NCBI GenBank assembly: GCA_019057385.1
Contig: JAHQJS010000004.1
Location: forward strand, 576,001-640,000
Length of the DNA: 64,000 bases
Direction of reading: 5' to 3'
DNA from: Candidatus Borrarchaeum weybense
GTDB lineage: Archaea > Asgardarchaeota > Sifarchaeia > Borrarchaeales > Borrarchaeaceae
In this document: piece by piece, positions 39,443-50,003 of the stretch
Position numbering within the stretch: the stretch's first letter is position 1
How the letters are laid out: the number at the start of each line of letters is the position of its first letter
Position numbers and translations under genes: made by a program
The notes under the pieces: model-generated
What the model was told of the DNA's origin: nothing
The model's database searches: none
Seen by the model: the letters and a program-made list of their open reading frames with translations, nothing else

Positions 39443-40036
39443 AAAATAAAAAGAAAATAAGAACTTTAGCGAAACCGCGCCTTTTTATGATGAAATTGCC
39501 GTTGAGAGGATATTATTTGTTTGAGGAACTCTGATTCACTTATGATGCGGATAATTACTTTTCACTAGTCTTACTAACCTGTTTTTGTAATCTAAAATAC
39601 AACTATATTTATTTTTCACAATTAAATCTTAATTTTTCGCAAAATAGTAGAGAAGTAATTATAAAACTGCGAATTATCTTTTTAGTATTAATTTATTTTG
39701 AAAAAACTCTGCAATTTGAAAATGTTATAGAGGAAACTTGTACTAGATAGAGCTCAATTTGTTATAGAAACCGCATTTTTCTTATTAAAAGAGAAATATA
39801 TTGTGATATCACTTAAGAAAATCGCGAATATAGTCTAATGACTATTATTTTTCTCGGAAATTTTTTCCAGAAACTTAAAAAGTAAGATCTTTGCATCATA
39901 ATACTCATACTTCTTATGAAGGATCAAAGGGCAATAAACACAAGCGTTTAGAATAGAACAAAGAACGCAACGTGTCTAACTATTTTGTCGATAACATAAG
40001 CAAAAATCCGAAAAAAATCCGCGAGGGTTAATTTCA

Positions 40037-40507
40037 TTGAAAGAGGACGAATTAATCAGCCGTAAACACACACAAACTTCAGATAAGGAGAAAGCAAAAA
40101 AAGATCCTATTTCTGGTACCGGAAATATTTTGATAATGGAAGATGACGATGTTATCAGAGAGGCACTAGGAGAGATATTAACTCATTTAGGCTATCAGAT
40201 TGAACTCGCTAAGAATGGTGAAGAAGCTATCTCTTTGTTTAAAGCAGCAAAATCAGTAGGACAGTCTTTTAATTTAGTAATAATAGATTTAACAATTCGT
40301 TGTGGGATGGGCGGCAAAGAAGCAATTATGAAGTTGCTTGAAATAGATCCTAATGTTAAAGCTCTTGTTTCCAGCGCCTATTCAATAGAATCAGTTATGT
40401 CTGATTATAAGAGTTACGGATTCTGCGGCGTTGTTTCCAAACCCTACAATATTTCAGAATTAAGTGAAATCATATCGGAAATAATTGGTAGTAATTGCGT
40501 AAAATGA
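40037..40507 (+). CDS. Stand-alone receiver domain resembling the C-terminal REC of bacterial hybrid kinases
   Basis: ILIMEDD, IIDLT, GMGGKEA, VSSAYS, KPY. Confidence 0.85.
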   Translation: MKEDELISRKHTQTSDKEKAKKDPISGTGNILIMEDDDVIREALGEILTHLGYQIELAKNGEEAISLFKAAKSVGQSFNLVIIDLTIRCGMGGKEAIMKLLEIDPNVKALVSSAYSIESVMSDYKSYGFCGVVSKPYNISELSEIISEIIGSNCVK

Positions 40508-40530
40508 GCCTTTCATGCAATTATTCCTTT

Positions 40531-42564
40531 TTAGATTAGTGCTTTGTATATCGTTACAGCATTATTCTTAAACGCAATTTCAAATAAATCAGGATGCTCA
40601 TTAAATCTTTGCAGTTCTTCCATTGTGAATTTTTGGCGTTCTCTTGGAGATACAAGTACGTAGTTCACATCATATTTTTTTAAGAGATCAGAAACAAGGT
40701 TTTCATTATCTGAGGTGTACATTGAAATTGTGTCGTTATATCTCTGATCAAAGTATAAACGTTGGCTCTCTACGTGAATTTCACTCCCTACAACGACTCT
40801 CCTTGCTCCATACATGATAAGAGGACTTGGTGCTTCTATAGAAAGTGAAGGGGCAACTAAGAATACTGCATCTGAAGATGTATTTGCTTTAACCCAATTA
40901 TATGCCTCCATCTCTTCTTCAGTGATGATATAATAGGGTGTTTCCATCGTAGCAGTAGTATACCATCTTTGCCAGAAAGGAACAAAAGCAATAATCATAA
41001 TTATAATAAGTACTATAAGAGGCATTGAAGAGATTCGAATCCTTTTGTTCACAAGATTCATTGTTTCTTTAATCCCGACTGCGCCTAAGAAGACTACTGG
41101 GATTGTTATGGAGTAATAATAGGTATAATTACCGCCACGATACAAGTGCGTAAATACTATAAAGAGGATTGTACATAATATCCACGATCCAAGTAGTAGA
41201 GATAATTTATGCTCTTTTTTGATTTGCGTCAAAAATCCTATACACCCGAATATAGAACAGACACCAAAGTAGATGAGTATCGCTTGTATAGATTGCAAAG
41301 GAACAAAAAGTCCAACTAAAGGTCTTATTCGGAAATATCCGCCAGGGTTTCCTCTCGCTAGATCTATAAGATATGGAGCGAATGTGACGGTGTATGCTCC
41401 AAATGGTATCATTGATGCAATTGTTGAAAGTGTAAATATTATGCTTTCTTTATACTTCCTTAATGACAATAAGATGAGATAGAAGATTGCAAAAGTCCCT
41501 ATAATCGTAAGGTGAAGAATTGGATGGTAAAATGGCAATGCTGCAAGAAGAGCGAATGCTATAATATAAAACCGTTTAGTTTTTTGTATTAAATAAGAAT
41601 AGAGAAAAAAAGCAAATAGTACTGCAACAATATATCCTGGTGCACGTATGAAGCCAGAATAAAGGGATTCGATAGCTAAAGCCCTCACAAATACTTGTGG
41701 TCCTGGTGTCCTTTGATATAGTGCAAAAAGTGGAAATGTACCTGTCTCTATGGCAACAATGAGCCAATAAATAGCAATGCCAACTGACATAAGATATGCA
41801 GCTATTAGCCCTGCCTTTTTACTCTTAAATGTATCGACAACAAAAATAAAACACAAAGCGATAAATATCGTATTCATTGTAGCGTTTTGAATTATCATAG
41901 TTAAAACTACATTGATTCCACTCGTTTTCATTATAGCTGCATAGTGAAGCATGTATAACCATGGATAGGTAAGCACAACCCCTGCATATTCGGGGGTCTG
42001 AGGAGGGATACTGCGTGCACATTCCTCTATAATTGCACAATACCAGAAATGATCAATAGGATCGAAATAGAAGAGAGTATTTCCCTGATCAACGCGAATC
42101 AACAGAGTGTAAAAGACTATGTTGTTTGAAAATTGAAATAAGAGTAAAATGGCTAGTATAACTAACGTTATTTTTTGAAATGGCACTCCAGAGTAATTAA
42201 TCGTTCTGTTTACATATTGAGAGAACAGAATGCCAATAGCAAGGGCAACATCAATAGATAAAACAATAAGCCAAATGCTAAGTCTTCCAAAAATACTTCC
42301 TAAAGGCAAGATGATTAACGGAGATGCAACTATGTTCAAAGCTGCTGAAAAAAGCAGCATACGTATTCTGTCAGTTTGGATTTGTAAGAAAAATCTTAAT
42401 AGAATATAACCAGGCAAAATATTTAGAAGAGAGATATACACTAGACTGCGAAATGGGTTGATAAAGAAGAACGATATATTAAGCAAGAACATTGAAATAA
42501 TCAAAATTTTTTCTGAGTTCCATATAGGAAGCAACCTTGCTTTCGCTTCATCAAAGGTTTTCAT
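40531..42564 (-). CDS. Polytopic membrane protein, probable GT-C glycosyltransferase
   Basis: Many TM helices; YPWLY loop; C-terminal AYNWVKANT...LLKKYDVNYVLV..RE domain typical of archaeal GT-C/STT3-like proteins. Confidence 0.65.
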   Translation of the reverse strand: MKTFDEAKARLLPIWNSEKILIISMFLLNISFFFINPFRSLVYISLLNILPGYILLRFFLQIQTDRIRMLLFSAALNIVASPLIILPLGSIFGRLSIWLIVLSIDVALAIGILFSQYVNRTINYSGVPFQKITLVILAILLLFQFSNNIVFYTLLIRVDQGNTLFYFDPIDHFWYCAIIEECARSIPPQTPEYAGVVLTYPWLYMLHYAAIMKTSGINVVLTMIIQNATMNTIFIALCFIFVVDTFKSKKAGLIAAYLMSVGIAIYWLIVAIETGTFPLFALYQRTPGPQVFVRALAIESLYSGFIRAPGYIVAVLFAFFLYSYLIQKTKRFYIIAFALLAALPFYHPILHLTIIGTFAIFYLILLSLRKYKESIIFTLSTIASMIPFGAYTVTFAPYLIDLARGNPGGYFRIRPLVGLFVPLQSIQAILIYFGVCSIFGCIGFLTQIKKEHKLSLLLGSWILCTILFIVFTHLYRGGNYTYYYSITIPVVFLGAVGIKETMNLVNKRIRISSMPLIVLIIIMIIAFVPFWQRWYTTATMETPYYIITEEEMEAYNWVKANTSSDAVFLVAPSLSIEAPSPLIMYGARRVVVGSEIHVESQRLYFDQRYNDTISMYTSDNENLVSDLLKKYDVNYVLVSPRERQKFTMEELQRFNEHPDLFEIAFKNNAVTIYKALI

Positions 42565-42705
42565 TTTAAGACGTTATCCTTTGTTTGTTCTATCAGTTTC
42601 TACAATGTATCTGGATTTATAAAATATATTTAGGCAATGAGTCTGCAGCTTGAATAATTTATAGCATTTGCGAATCTATCTTTTTTTCAATTAGGGTGAT
42701 TTTTT

Positions 42706-43425
42706 ATGTTACTTGAAGAAATGAGTTGGAATATAGTCGAAGAAATGCTAGAAACAGTTAAAACGATAATTTTGCCTTATGGTTCATGTGAAGCACATGG
42801 TTTTCATGCTCCCCTCTTCACGGACACTAAACTTGCTTTTGAGATTGCAAATAAGGCAGCAGAAGAATTAAACGTTTTTATTGCCCCCGTTATTCCGTAC
42901 GGAATTTGTAGAACGACAAGAGGATTTAGCGGAACTCTTAGTCTATCATTTGATTCGCTCAAAATCCTAACTTATGATCTTATTAAAGAACTTGCTGAAA
43001 CTGGCTTCGAAGAGATAATTTTATTCACAGCACACTGTGGAAAAAGTCAGATGATAGCCTTAAGGGAAGCAGGATTCTCTTACACAAAAAACTCTCACAA
43101 ATCTAAGGTTTTTCTTGTTTCTGCAGCTGATTTGGTGGATGAACGCATAAAGAAATTGACGGAATCTCCGCTTTACCATGCTGATGAACTCGAAACTTCT
43201 TTGATGCTGTTTCTAGAGCCTTCTTTGGTTAATATGGATAAAGCAGTCAAAGAAACTCCTCAAGTACCTAAGTACCTTATTAAAACAACTGGAAGACCCT
43301 GGATGAAGTCAAGTGTCTTAGGAGATGCCACAAAAGCTTCTTATGAGAAAGGTGAAAAAATCTTCAATTTGTTAGTCGATAACCTCGTACAAATTATTAA
43401 GGACTTCCAGACCCCATTGATGTAA
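42706..43425 (+). CDS. Creatininase-family amidohydrolase
   Basis: GSCEAHGFHAPLFTD, HCG, HADELETS. Confidence 0.9.
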   Translation: MLLEEMSWNIVEEMLETVKTIILPYGSCEAHGFHAPLFTDTKLAFEIANKAAEELNVFIAPVIPYGICRTTRGFSGTLSLSFDSLKILTYDLIKELAETGFEEIILFTAHCGKSQMIALREAGFSYTKNSHKSKVFLVSAADLVDERIKKLTESPLYHADELETSLMLFLEPSLVNMDKAVKETPQVPKYLIKTTGRPWMKSSVLGDATKASYEKGEKIFNLLVDNLVQIIKDFQTPLM

Positions 43426-43606
43426 AATGATACTTCAATATCATTTCTATTTAATAATGAAAAAATATAAGATAAACGAAATACTATTTGTATTTACAGC
43501 AATTTAATTTCGTGATATAAGCGGGTAACAAAAGCGGGTATAGCAACCTGTTAGGTTTTACTAACGCAGGTTACCCCCGCAGTTGCAAGCAAAACGGTGA
43601 TAAACT

Positions 43607-43942
43607 ATGTCAAAAGGTGCTGCTCTACTAGGCGGTATACTGATTGGAGCCGCCGTTTGGATCGAAGTGTTTGCACTCCTAGGTCTATCATATTATTGGT
43701 TGGTGGTGCCACTCATTCTCGGATTCCTAGCTGGCTTATTTATCGGAGGCTCAGGAGAGGCAAGCGGAGGTGTCTGGCTTGGCGGTATATTCCTAAGCGC
43801 AATGGTCGGCTTTTTCGTCTATTTCTTATGGTTCGATGTAAACCTAACGCCAATGTCTAATGCCGCATTACTTACCATACCTGCTAGTCTCTTAGCATTT
43901 GCAGGCACATTTTTGATGGCGAAAAGTGCATCTTATTACTGA
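43607..43942 (+). CDS. Small 4-TM membrane protein
   Basis: Gly-rich hydrophobic ORF with a GGTGA SD. Confidence 0.7.
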   Translation: MSKGAALLGGILIGAAVWIEVFALLGLSYYWLVVPLILGFLAGLFIGGSGEASGGVWLGGIFLSAMVGFFVYFLWFDVNLTPMSNAALLTIPASLLAFAGTFLMAKSASYY

Positions 43943-44118
43943 TTCATCTCCCTGGTCATCCTCCGACATTTTTTCCTTTTTTCTGATTTATTATCGCGAA
44001 GTTTTCTTGCTTATTCTTGTAGTTTATTTAACGTATGACTCTATGTACGAAAAAATTAAAACTTGAAAAGAAAAGCATATCAACCAGAAGGACTTTTTTA
44101 ATTCTAGGAGGCAAAGTC

Positions 44119-44979
44119 TTGCTTAACAGTATTTGGATCATCGACAAAGACACGGGTACATGTGTATTCCTGAGGAGGTATGGGTATGGCATACCAGATG
44201 ATCAAACATTGATTTCACGTTTCTTCTCTGCCCTTTGGAACTTTTTTCAAGAAATTGAGGGCCGGGGAATATCTACTTTGACTACAACTGAACTTGACTT
44301 TGCTCTAGCGGAGTCAGAAAAACTGCTCTTCATAGTTGCCACTGCCCGTGATTCAGTTCATCAATTGAAGATGGTCAGTTGGGTCAAGAATTTAAAAGAA
44401 GAGTTTTTGAAATCTTATGAAGAGGACTCTAATTTTCAAGACTCAAGATTTGTTGATGAATTGAATGAAAAACTAGATCAGGTATTAGATGCTTGGATTG
44501 ACGAATATATTGACGAATCGGAAGTTTTCTCTACAGCAGATTTACGAAGGGCATCACAATTAGGGACCGAACTCAATCAACTGTTGACAATGCGCTTTGG
44601 CCATCAAGGTCTTGAAACCCTTAAATCCTTGGATGGATTAAAAACAGTAAAAGATGTTCAGGAAGAGTCTGGACTCCCTAATAAAGAATTAAAAGAACTC
44701 TTTCGCATTAGTATTCAACACGGTCTCATCGAACAATCACAAAGGGCCACAGATCTGCGTATACCCTATCGAACAACAAGCACGCCTGAAGTTTTCGCTT
44801 ATGGAACTCCTCTGAGAAATAGAGTATGGAATAGATTTGGAAATCGAGGAATTGATGTCCTTGGAACGATCGATGGGATACGCCATGTAAGAGATATTTC
44901 TGCTTTTTTGGGGATTGATATGGATATCGTGAAACAAATACTAGAATTAGCCCAAAAAGAGGGTTTAATCGAATGGTAG
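44119..44979 (+). CDS. Longin-domain protein with two C-terminal winged-helix-like repeats
   Basis: SIWIIDKDTGTC...LISRFFSALWNFFQEI (longin-like); repeats RFG..G...L..(L/I)DG...V......G......GLIE; start set to TTG 44119 after GGAGG. Confidence 0.7.
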   Translation: MLNSIWIIDKDTGTCVFLRRYGYGIPDDQTLISRFFSALWNFFQEIEGRGISTLTTTELDFALAESEKLLFIVATARDSVHQLKMVSWVKNLKEEFLKSYEEDSNFQDSRFVDELNEKLDQVLDAWIDEYIDESEVFSTADLRRASQLGTELNQLLTMRFGHQGLETLKSLDGLKTVKDVQEESGLPNKELKELFRISIQHGLIEQSQRATDLRIPYRTTSTPEVFAYGTPLRNRVWNRFGNRGIDVLGTIDGIRHVRDISAFLGIDMDIVKQILELAQKEGLIEW

Positions 44980-45013
44980 GTTATTAAGACTTAGTTTTGA
45001 ATACAATGGGTAA

Positions 45014-45568
45014 TTATAATTCTAACGCTTCGACATCTATAACAATCTGTTCTGTTAGTTGAGTGAAGGTATCTTCCACATGTAGTCCATCTTTTGCAGA
45101 TGTTTCAAAGAAGGGTATACCACGTTCATCCGCAAAACTTTGTCCTTCATCAACTCCAACAACTCTTAACTCCTCAAGATCCTTTTTCGTACCTATTAAG
45201 ATCGATGGGATGTTTCCACAATGCTTTTCGATATCACCAAACCATTTTGGCAAATTTTGGAAACTCTTACGATTTGTGATATCATAACAACAGAGTGCTC
45301 CTAGCGCTCCCCGATAATATAACGGACGGACATAAGAAAAGCGTTCTTGGCCTCCTGTATCCCATATTTGTAGCTTTACAGTAGAAATTTTACTCTTGCT
45401 TTCTTGGCTTATTTTCAATATCTTGATTGAGAAATCTACACCAATAGTCATTTTATAACTTTCTCGAAACTGCCCTGTGGTAAATTTACGCGTAAGCGAT
45501 GTTTTACCGACCGCTCCATCTCCGACAACGATCACCTTGAACAAATAATCGAAAGTCATTAAATTCAC
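45014..45568 (-). CDS. Rab-like small GTPase
   Basis: GDGAVGKT, TIGVDF, WDTGGQE, TKKD, ETSAK. Confidence 0.95.
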   Translation of the reverse strand: MNLMTFDYLFKVIVVGDGAVGKTSLTRKFTTGQFRESYKMTIGVDFSIKILKISQESKSKISTVKLQIWDTGGQERFSYVRPLYYRGALGALCCYDITNRKSFQNLPKWFGDIEKHCGNIPSILIGTKKDLEELRVVGVDEGQSFADERGIPFFETSAKDGLHVEDTFTQLTEQIVIDVEALEL

Positions 45569-45874
45569 TTCATTCTTGTCATTTTAGTACGTATTTCTTC
45601 CCTTGTTAATTATAACTGCAGACAAGTAAAAAAGATTTTTCCATAGTATAAGTATTTCTTTCGTTTACTATACACATTTTTTGTATTTTCTAACACGTTC
45701 TAAAACTTTGATTTTCTTGGAAAAAGCGTTCTTATATCTGTTTTGTGGTTGCGGAAAAAAGTCTTAGGTAATAATATTATACGAAAGTTAAATATATTAG
45801 AGCGTATCAAGTTTTGTTGTCTAACACTTTCCATTCGAAGCTTTCGTTATTAAGCTTATAATTGAGGTGGACAA

Positions 45875-46249
45875 ATGTCTGTTGAACCACGAGAGGATTT
45901 AATGGAAATATTAAGTGAAATTGAGAGTTCAACTGATTTAGAGGCATGTGCAATTGTGACGAAAGAAGGATTAAGGATAGCCCATGCAACTGGCACTAAT
46001 ACTGATGCTGATATTTTTTCAGCGCTTACTGCTGTTATACTATCGATGGGTTATAAAGCTATAAATGAACTTGGTCACGGTGATTTCAAAGAAGTAATTA
46101 TAAGAGGAACTGAGGGTTATACAATTGTAACCAGCATCGATAACGAGCACGTATTGGTAGGTGCTGGTCGTAATCCGATTCGAATTGGTTATTCTGCACT
46201 TGTTTTAAGAAAATATGCGCTGAACATGGCTTCAGTACTTGAAAAGTAA
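45875..46249 (+). CDS. Roadblock/LC7 (MglB-like) protein
   Basis: ACAIVTKEGL.IA...SALTA.ILSMG..AINELGHG...EVIIRGTEG. Confidence 0.92.
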   Translation: MSVEPREDLMEILSEIESSTDLEACAIVTKEGLRIAHATGTNTDADIFSALTAVILSMGYKAINELGHGDFKEVIIRGTEGYTIVTSIDNEHVLVGAGRNPIRIGYSALVLRKYALNMASVLEK

Positions 46250-46374
46250 TAGATTTAGCAAACAAAACTTCTGAAAAATCTAATTCAGTAAATCTCTCTT
46301 TTTTAGCTTCATTTTAAGGAAGCAAATTAGTAATAGGAGTTGTGCTTTTGCTTTTTAATTGTTTTACAAGAAAT

Positions 46375-48132
46375 TTAAGTTGAAATGAAAATCGCAATGC
46401 CTTCTGTTTCGATAATCAAATTAAAGGACTCAAAATCTTTGAGTTTTTCCATCAATAACGGATTTTCTTGCAGTAATTCCACATTACCTTTATTTATTAA
46501 GACAAATCGGGCATTATATTTGTTCATTATAGCAAGAATCTCATTTTCTTCTGTATTTAGTTCAAGCGCTTTTTTCACGTCTTCCTCTCTCTCAATTTGG
46601 TTTGTGTCTTCCCAATTAAGCAAGTGTCCTCTATCTAAGGCAATGGGGTACACCGAACACCAGAAAGGTAAGATATTACCTGTTTTAAGGTCTGTTAGAA
46701 CTATATTTCCCTCTGGAATTATCGCTCGGATCGTTTCTATATCTTGGTCCGAGAGATAAAAAGAGTCTATATCAACGATTTCTCCTGTAAACGGTTTGTA
46801 AATTAAAAGACCTCCAAAAACTGATAATGGACCAATGGCAACTGCACTCAGAATTAGAACGGTTATTGCATTTTTAGGAAGTCTTATTCGGCCTGTCCCA
46901 ACTGAAATAGTCGCAATTTCTTTAATACCATATATCCCTATAGTAGCCACATTAAAATCAAGAAGAAGTTTAACAAACCTATATTTGTATATAGCGAATC
47001 CACGAATCACAGGAATAAAATCTTCAAGTAAAACAGCTACAAAAATAATTATAATTACTCCAATTAAAGTATAAAGTAACAGGCGAATTTCTTGTTTTTC
47101 AAATGCTCCTCTATGCCAAATTATTATCCATCCAAGTCCTATAATTATCAGATAGAAAATGATGCTAATCGATTTGTAAAAGAAGAATCCCAAGAAATAT
47201 TCTAGTGCGAAAATTCCTTCATTTAAGAATAATCTATCATAAATTGCCCCAAAACTGTTTTTTGTGAAGTCTTCTGTGGGGTACCAACTTATCAATCCTA
47301 GTATAAATGATACAATTAAACTAATGCCAAAAACAATTTCATTAATTTTAACAGACCTTTTAATGAGTGAATTAAAGAAGATATAACTTACCGCTCCAAT
47401 TAGGAAAAAAGTAGGCATCTGTACGTGAATAAGCATTCCTATTAATGCAAAAGGTATCGTTAAAAAAAGATGTCTTTGATTATCATTTTTTAAGTAGCGA
47501 ACAAAGTAATAAAATGCAAATAACGTGAGGAAATTTGAACCGTTGAAGTGTATTGCAGGATAAAAAACACATGAGTAGACTGCAAATAATAACGCCGAAT
47601 AAATTCCCGTTTTTTCATCAAAAATCTCTTTTGAAAGTTTATAAAATGCCAAAGTCGTCAAAACTGCACCAAGAGGACCGAAAGCTGATGCAAAGAGGTA
47701 AATTTGTAGGGGATGCCTAAGATTAAGCAATCCACAGAGGCCTCCTATAATTACCTGCGAAAGTGAGGTAGGTTTTGTCCAAAATTCCGTGCCATAGTGT
47801 ACATCTTTTGCAGGATAATTTCCTATCGCAATTTCTTTAATCTTAGTGTAATAATCCCACTCAAATTCAGGGTGCATATTTGCACCAGTGGCATATGTAG
47901 ATATAGTTGTAATTACAATGACAAGAAAGATGATTCCGAAGAACTGTAATTTTTCTTTCTGTAGAGAAAAAAACCAAAGGGCAACTATCGTACCGATTAT
48001 TATGCCAAATATGGCTAAATACGCTGTCGTTCTTGAAAAAATAAACAAAAGTGAGAATACAAATTGTAAAATTATTGCACAAAAAATACATCCTACTAAT
48101 AGGAACGATTGCCGTTCCATCAATTTTCTCAA
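46375..48132 (-). CDS. Polytopic membrane protein, probable GT-C glycosyltransferase
   Basis: Many TM helices; C-terminal VLTD...IMNKYNARFVLI domain like that of 40531..42564. Confidence 0.6.
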   Translation of the reverse strand: MRKLMERQSFLLVGCIFCAIILQFVFSLLFIFSRTTAYLAIFGIIIGTIVALWFFSLQKEKLQFFGIIFLVIVITTISTYATGANMHPEFEWDYYTKIKEIAIGNYPAKDVHYGTEFWTKPTSLSQVIIGGLCGLLNLRHPLQIYLFASAFGPLGAVLTTLAFYKLSKEIFDEKTGIYSALLFAVYSCVFYPAIHFNGSNFLTLFAFYYFVRYLKNDNQRHLFLTIPFALIGMLIHVQMPTFFLIGAVSYIFFNSLIKRSVKINEIVFGISLIVSFILGLISWYPTEDFTKNSFGAIYDRLFLNEGIFALEYFLGFFFYKSISIIFYLIIIGLGWIIIWHRGAFEKQEIRLLLYTLIGVIIIIFVAVLLEDFIPVIRGFAIYKYRFVKLLLDFNVATIGIYGIKEIATISVGTGRIRLPKNAITVLILSAVAIGPLSVFGGLLIYKPFTGEIVDIDSFYLSDQDIETIRAIIPEGNIVLTDLKTGNILPFWCSVYPIALDRGHLLNWEDTNQIEREEDVKKALELNTEENEILAIMNKYNARFVLINKGNVELLQENPLLMEKLKDFESFNLIIETEGIAIFIST

Positions 48133-48266
48133 GTTCTCCTTATAATGTCTTCTTAGATTATTTGTAGAGTGTCTTCATTCAGACTGCCAAAAATTTCCAA
48201 TAAGATTTATATTCATCTCTGTATTAAACGCTCTTTATAAATGCATGGAATTTTGTCTATGTAGAG

Positions 48267-49928
48267 TTGGACGCAACAATGGAATCATTATTCACTGAGC
48301 AATTGAAAGCTAAAATTAAGGAGCATAAGGAACTTTTACTCATTCTAATCCTCTCAATCATTATTCGACTTTTATTTTTAAATCGTCCAGAATTACAGTC
48401 CAGGGATGAAGGTGTTCATGCTGTAGTTGCCCAAAGCCTTCTTATTAATCCATTAAAGCCGATTCTTATAGCAAATCCTATTCCAGGTTTAGAAAATATT
48501 AGAGAATTCCCTCATATTTTTTTAGAAAAGCCCCCGCTAATCTTCTGGCTAATGGCAGTTTCCTATAAAATATTCGGAGTGAATGAATTTGCAGTGCGAT
48601 TTGTTCCGGCTGTATTTGGCATTATCTCAATTCTGCTTACTTATATGTTAGCAAAGCAATTTTTTGAAAAAAAGATTGCGTTACTTTCTGCTCTTCTTTT
48701 ATCGCTGTGCCAGTTTAATGTAAAATATAGCCGTCAAGGAATGTTAGATGTCCCATTAACGTTTTTTAGTATTCTAACTCTTTTTTTGTTCATTAAAGGG
48801 TTCAATTCAAAGTCATCATCATCAATGTTGTTCGTATTAGCTGGCATTTCTCAGGGATTAGGGATACTTACAAAATGGCATGCTGCAATATTTCCGACCG
48901 TCACAATTCTACTATTTGTCTGTCTACAAAAAAAATGGGAATTCCTTTTTTCTAGGAAAATTGCATTTTATTTTATTTCTGTTGTGCTTTCTACATTGCC
49001 TTGGCTTGTTTATATATATGTGAGTTTTCCAGAGGCCACTAGAGCCTTGCTCTTATTTGAGCTAGGTGGCCGCCCATCTTATGTGAGTTCACGAGGTCCA
49101 TTTTGGTATTTTGGCATGTTGATGTGGGGGTTAACGCCGTGGGCACCAATTACTCTAATTTCTGTCTTCTATTCTGCTTGGAAACGCAGTTCCGGAGATT
49201 TATTCCTTCTTCTAATCAGTGGGACAACGTTTTTTACTTTCGAGCTAAGTTCCTATAAACTATATTTTTACATCCTTCCAATAATTCCATTTCTCCTCAT
49301 TCTGACTGCTCGATTCATCTACAAAATCATCTTACTAAAGGAAAAAACTATTCTTTTGTTTGCCGTTTCTTTAATCGGATCATTCGTATATATCTCTTTA
49401 AAAGGAGTTTTTCCGAATACTTTGTTTGGAATTGATCAACTATTGTTTTTATTGATAGTTAGTGCTGGTGTAGGACTTTATTACATTGCTATCTGGTTTT
49501 ATGAAAATAAAATGAATAATTCGTATCCAATTAAATCTGGACTCCTCCTGCTCCTTATCCCACTTTTTATCTCTAATCTTACGTTTACTGGAGTAGATAT
49601 ATACACAGAAGTTTCATATGGTGATGTGGGTATAAAGGAAATAGGATTTTATATTGAAAACCATTCTTCAGAGGACGATTATGTCTTTAGCACACCTGGT
49701 CTAGGTTGGTCAATAATGTTTTATGCAAAACGGTCAACCTATGAATTCCATGTTGTCCCGCGAGAGATTTTTGAAAACTATATTTTAGCGAAACAGGTGA
49801 AGTTTATTGTCATTTCTGAGGAATTTCTTTCTTCTGCAAATCAAAAAGTAAACTTTGTTTTGACGCATTCAGTTGAAGTGAATATTCCAGGCGTTTCGCC
49901 TAGTTTACATGTGTTTTCCGTAGTCTGA
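48267..49928 (+). CDS. ArnT/PMT-family (GT39/GT83) glycosyltransferase
   Basis: RDEGVH, EKPPLIFW, FGVNEFAVR, LTK. Confidence 0.85.
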   Translation: MDATMESLFTEQLKAKIKEHKELLLILILSIIIRLLFLNRPELQSRDEGVHAVVAQSLLINPLKPILIANPIPGLENIREFPHIFLEKPPLIFWLMAVSYKIFGVNEFAVRFVPAVFGIISILLTYMLAKQFFEKKIALLSALLLSLCQFNVKYSRQGMLDVPLTFFSILTLFLFIKGFNSKSSSSMLFVLAGISQGLGILTKWHAAIFPTVTILLFVCLQKKWEFLFSRKIAFYFISVVLSTLPWLVYIYVSFPEATRALLLFELGGRPSYVSSRGPFWYFGMLMWGLTPWAPITLISVFYSAWKRSSGDLFLLLISGTTFFTFELSSYKLYFYILPIIPFLLILTARFIYKIILLKEKTILLFAVSLIGSFVYISLKGVFPNTLFGIDQLLFLLIVSAGVGLYYIAIWFYENKMNNSYPIKSGLLLLLIPLFISNLTFTGVDIYTEVSYGDVGIKEIGFYIENHSSEDDYVFSTPGLGWSIMFYAKRSTYEFHVVPREIFENYILAKQVKFIVISEEFLSSANQKVNFVLTHSVEVNIPGVSPSLHVFSVV

Positions 49929-50003
49929 AACTCTCTATGAGGGTCTTAACATTATAGTAGCAATTCTCTCTAATTCACATTCCACATTTTTAAATATATT
50001 TAA

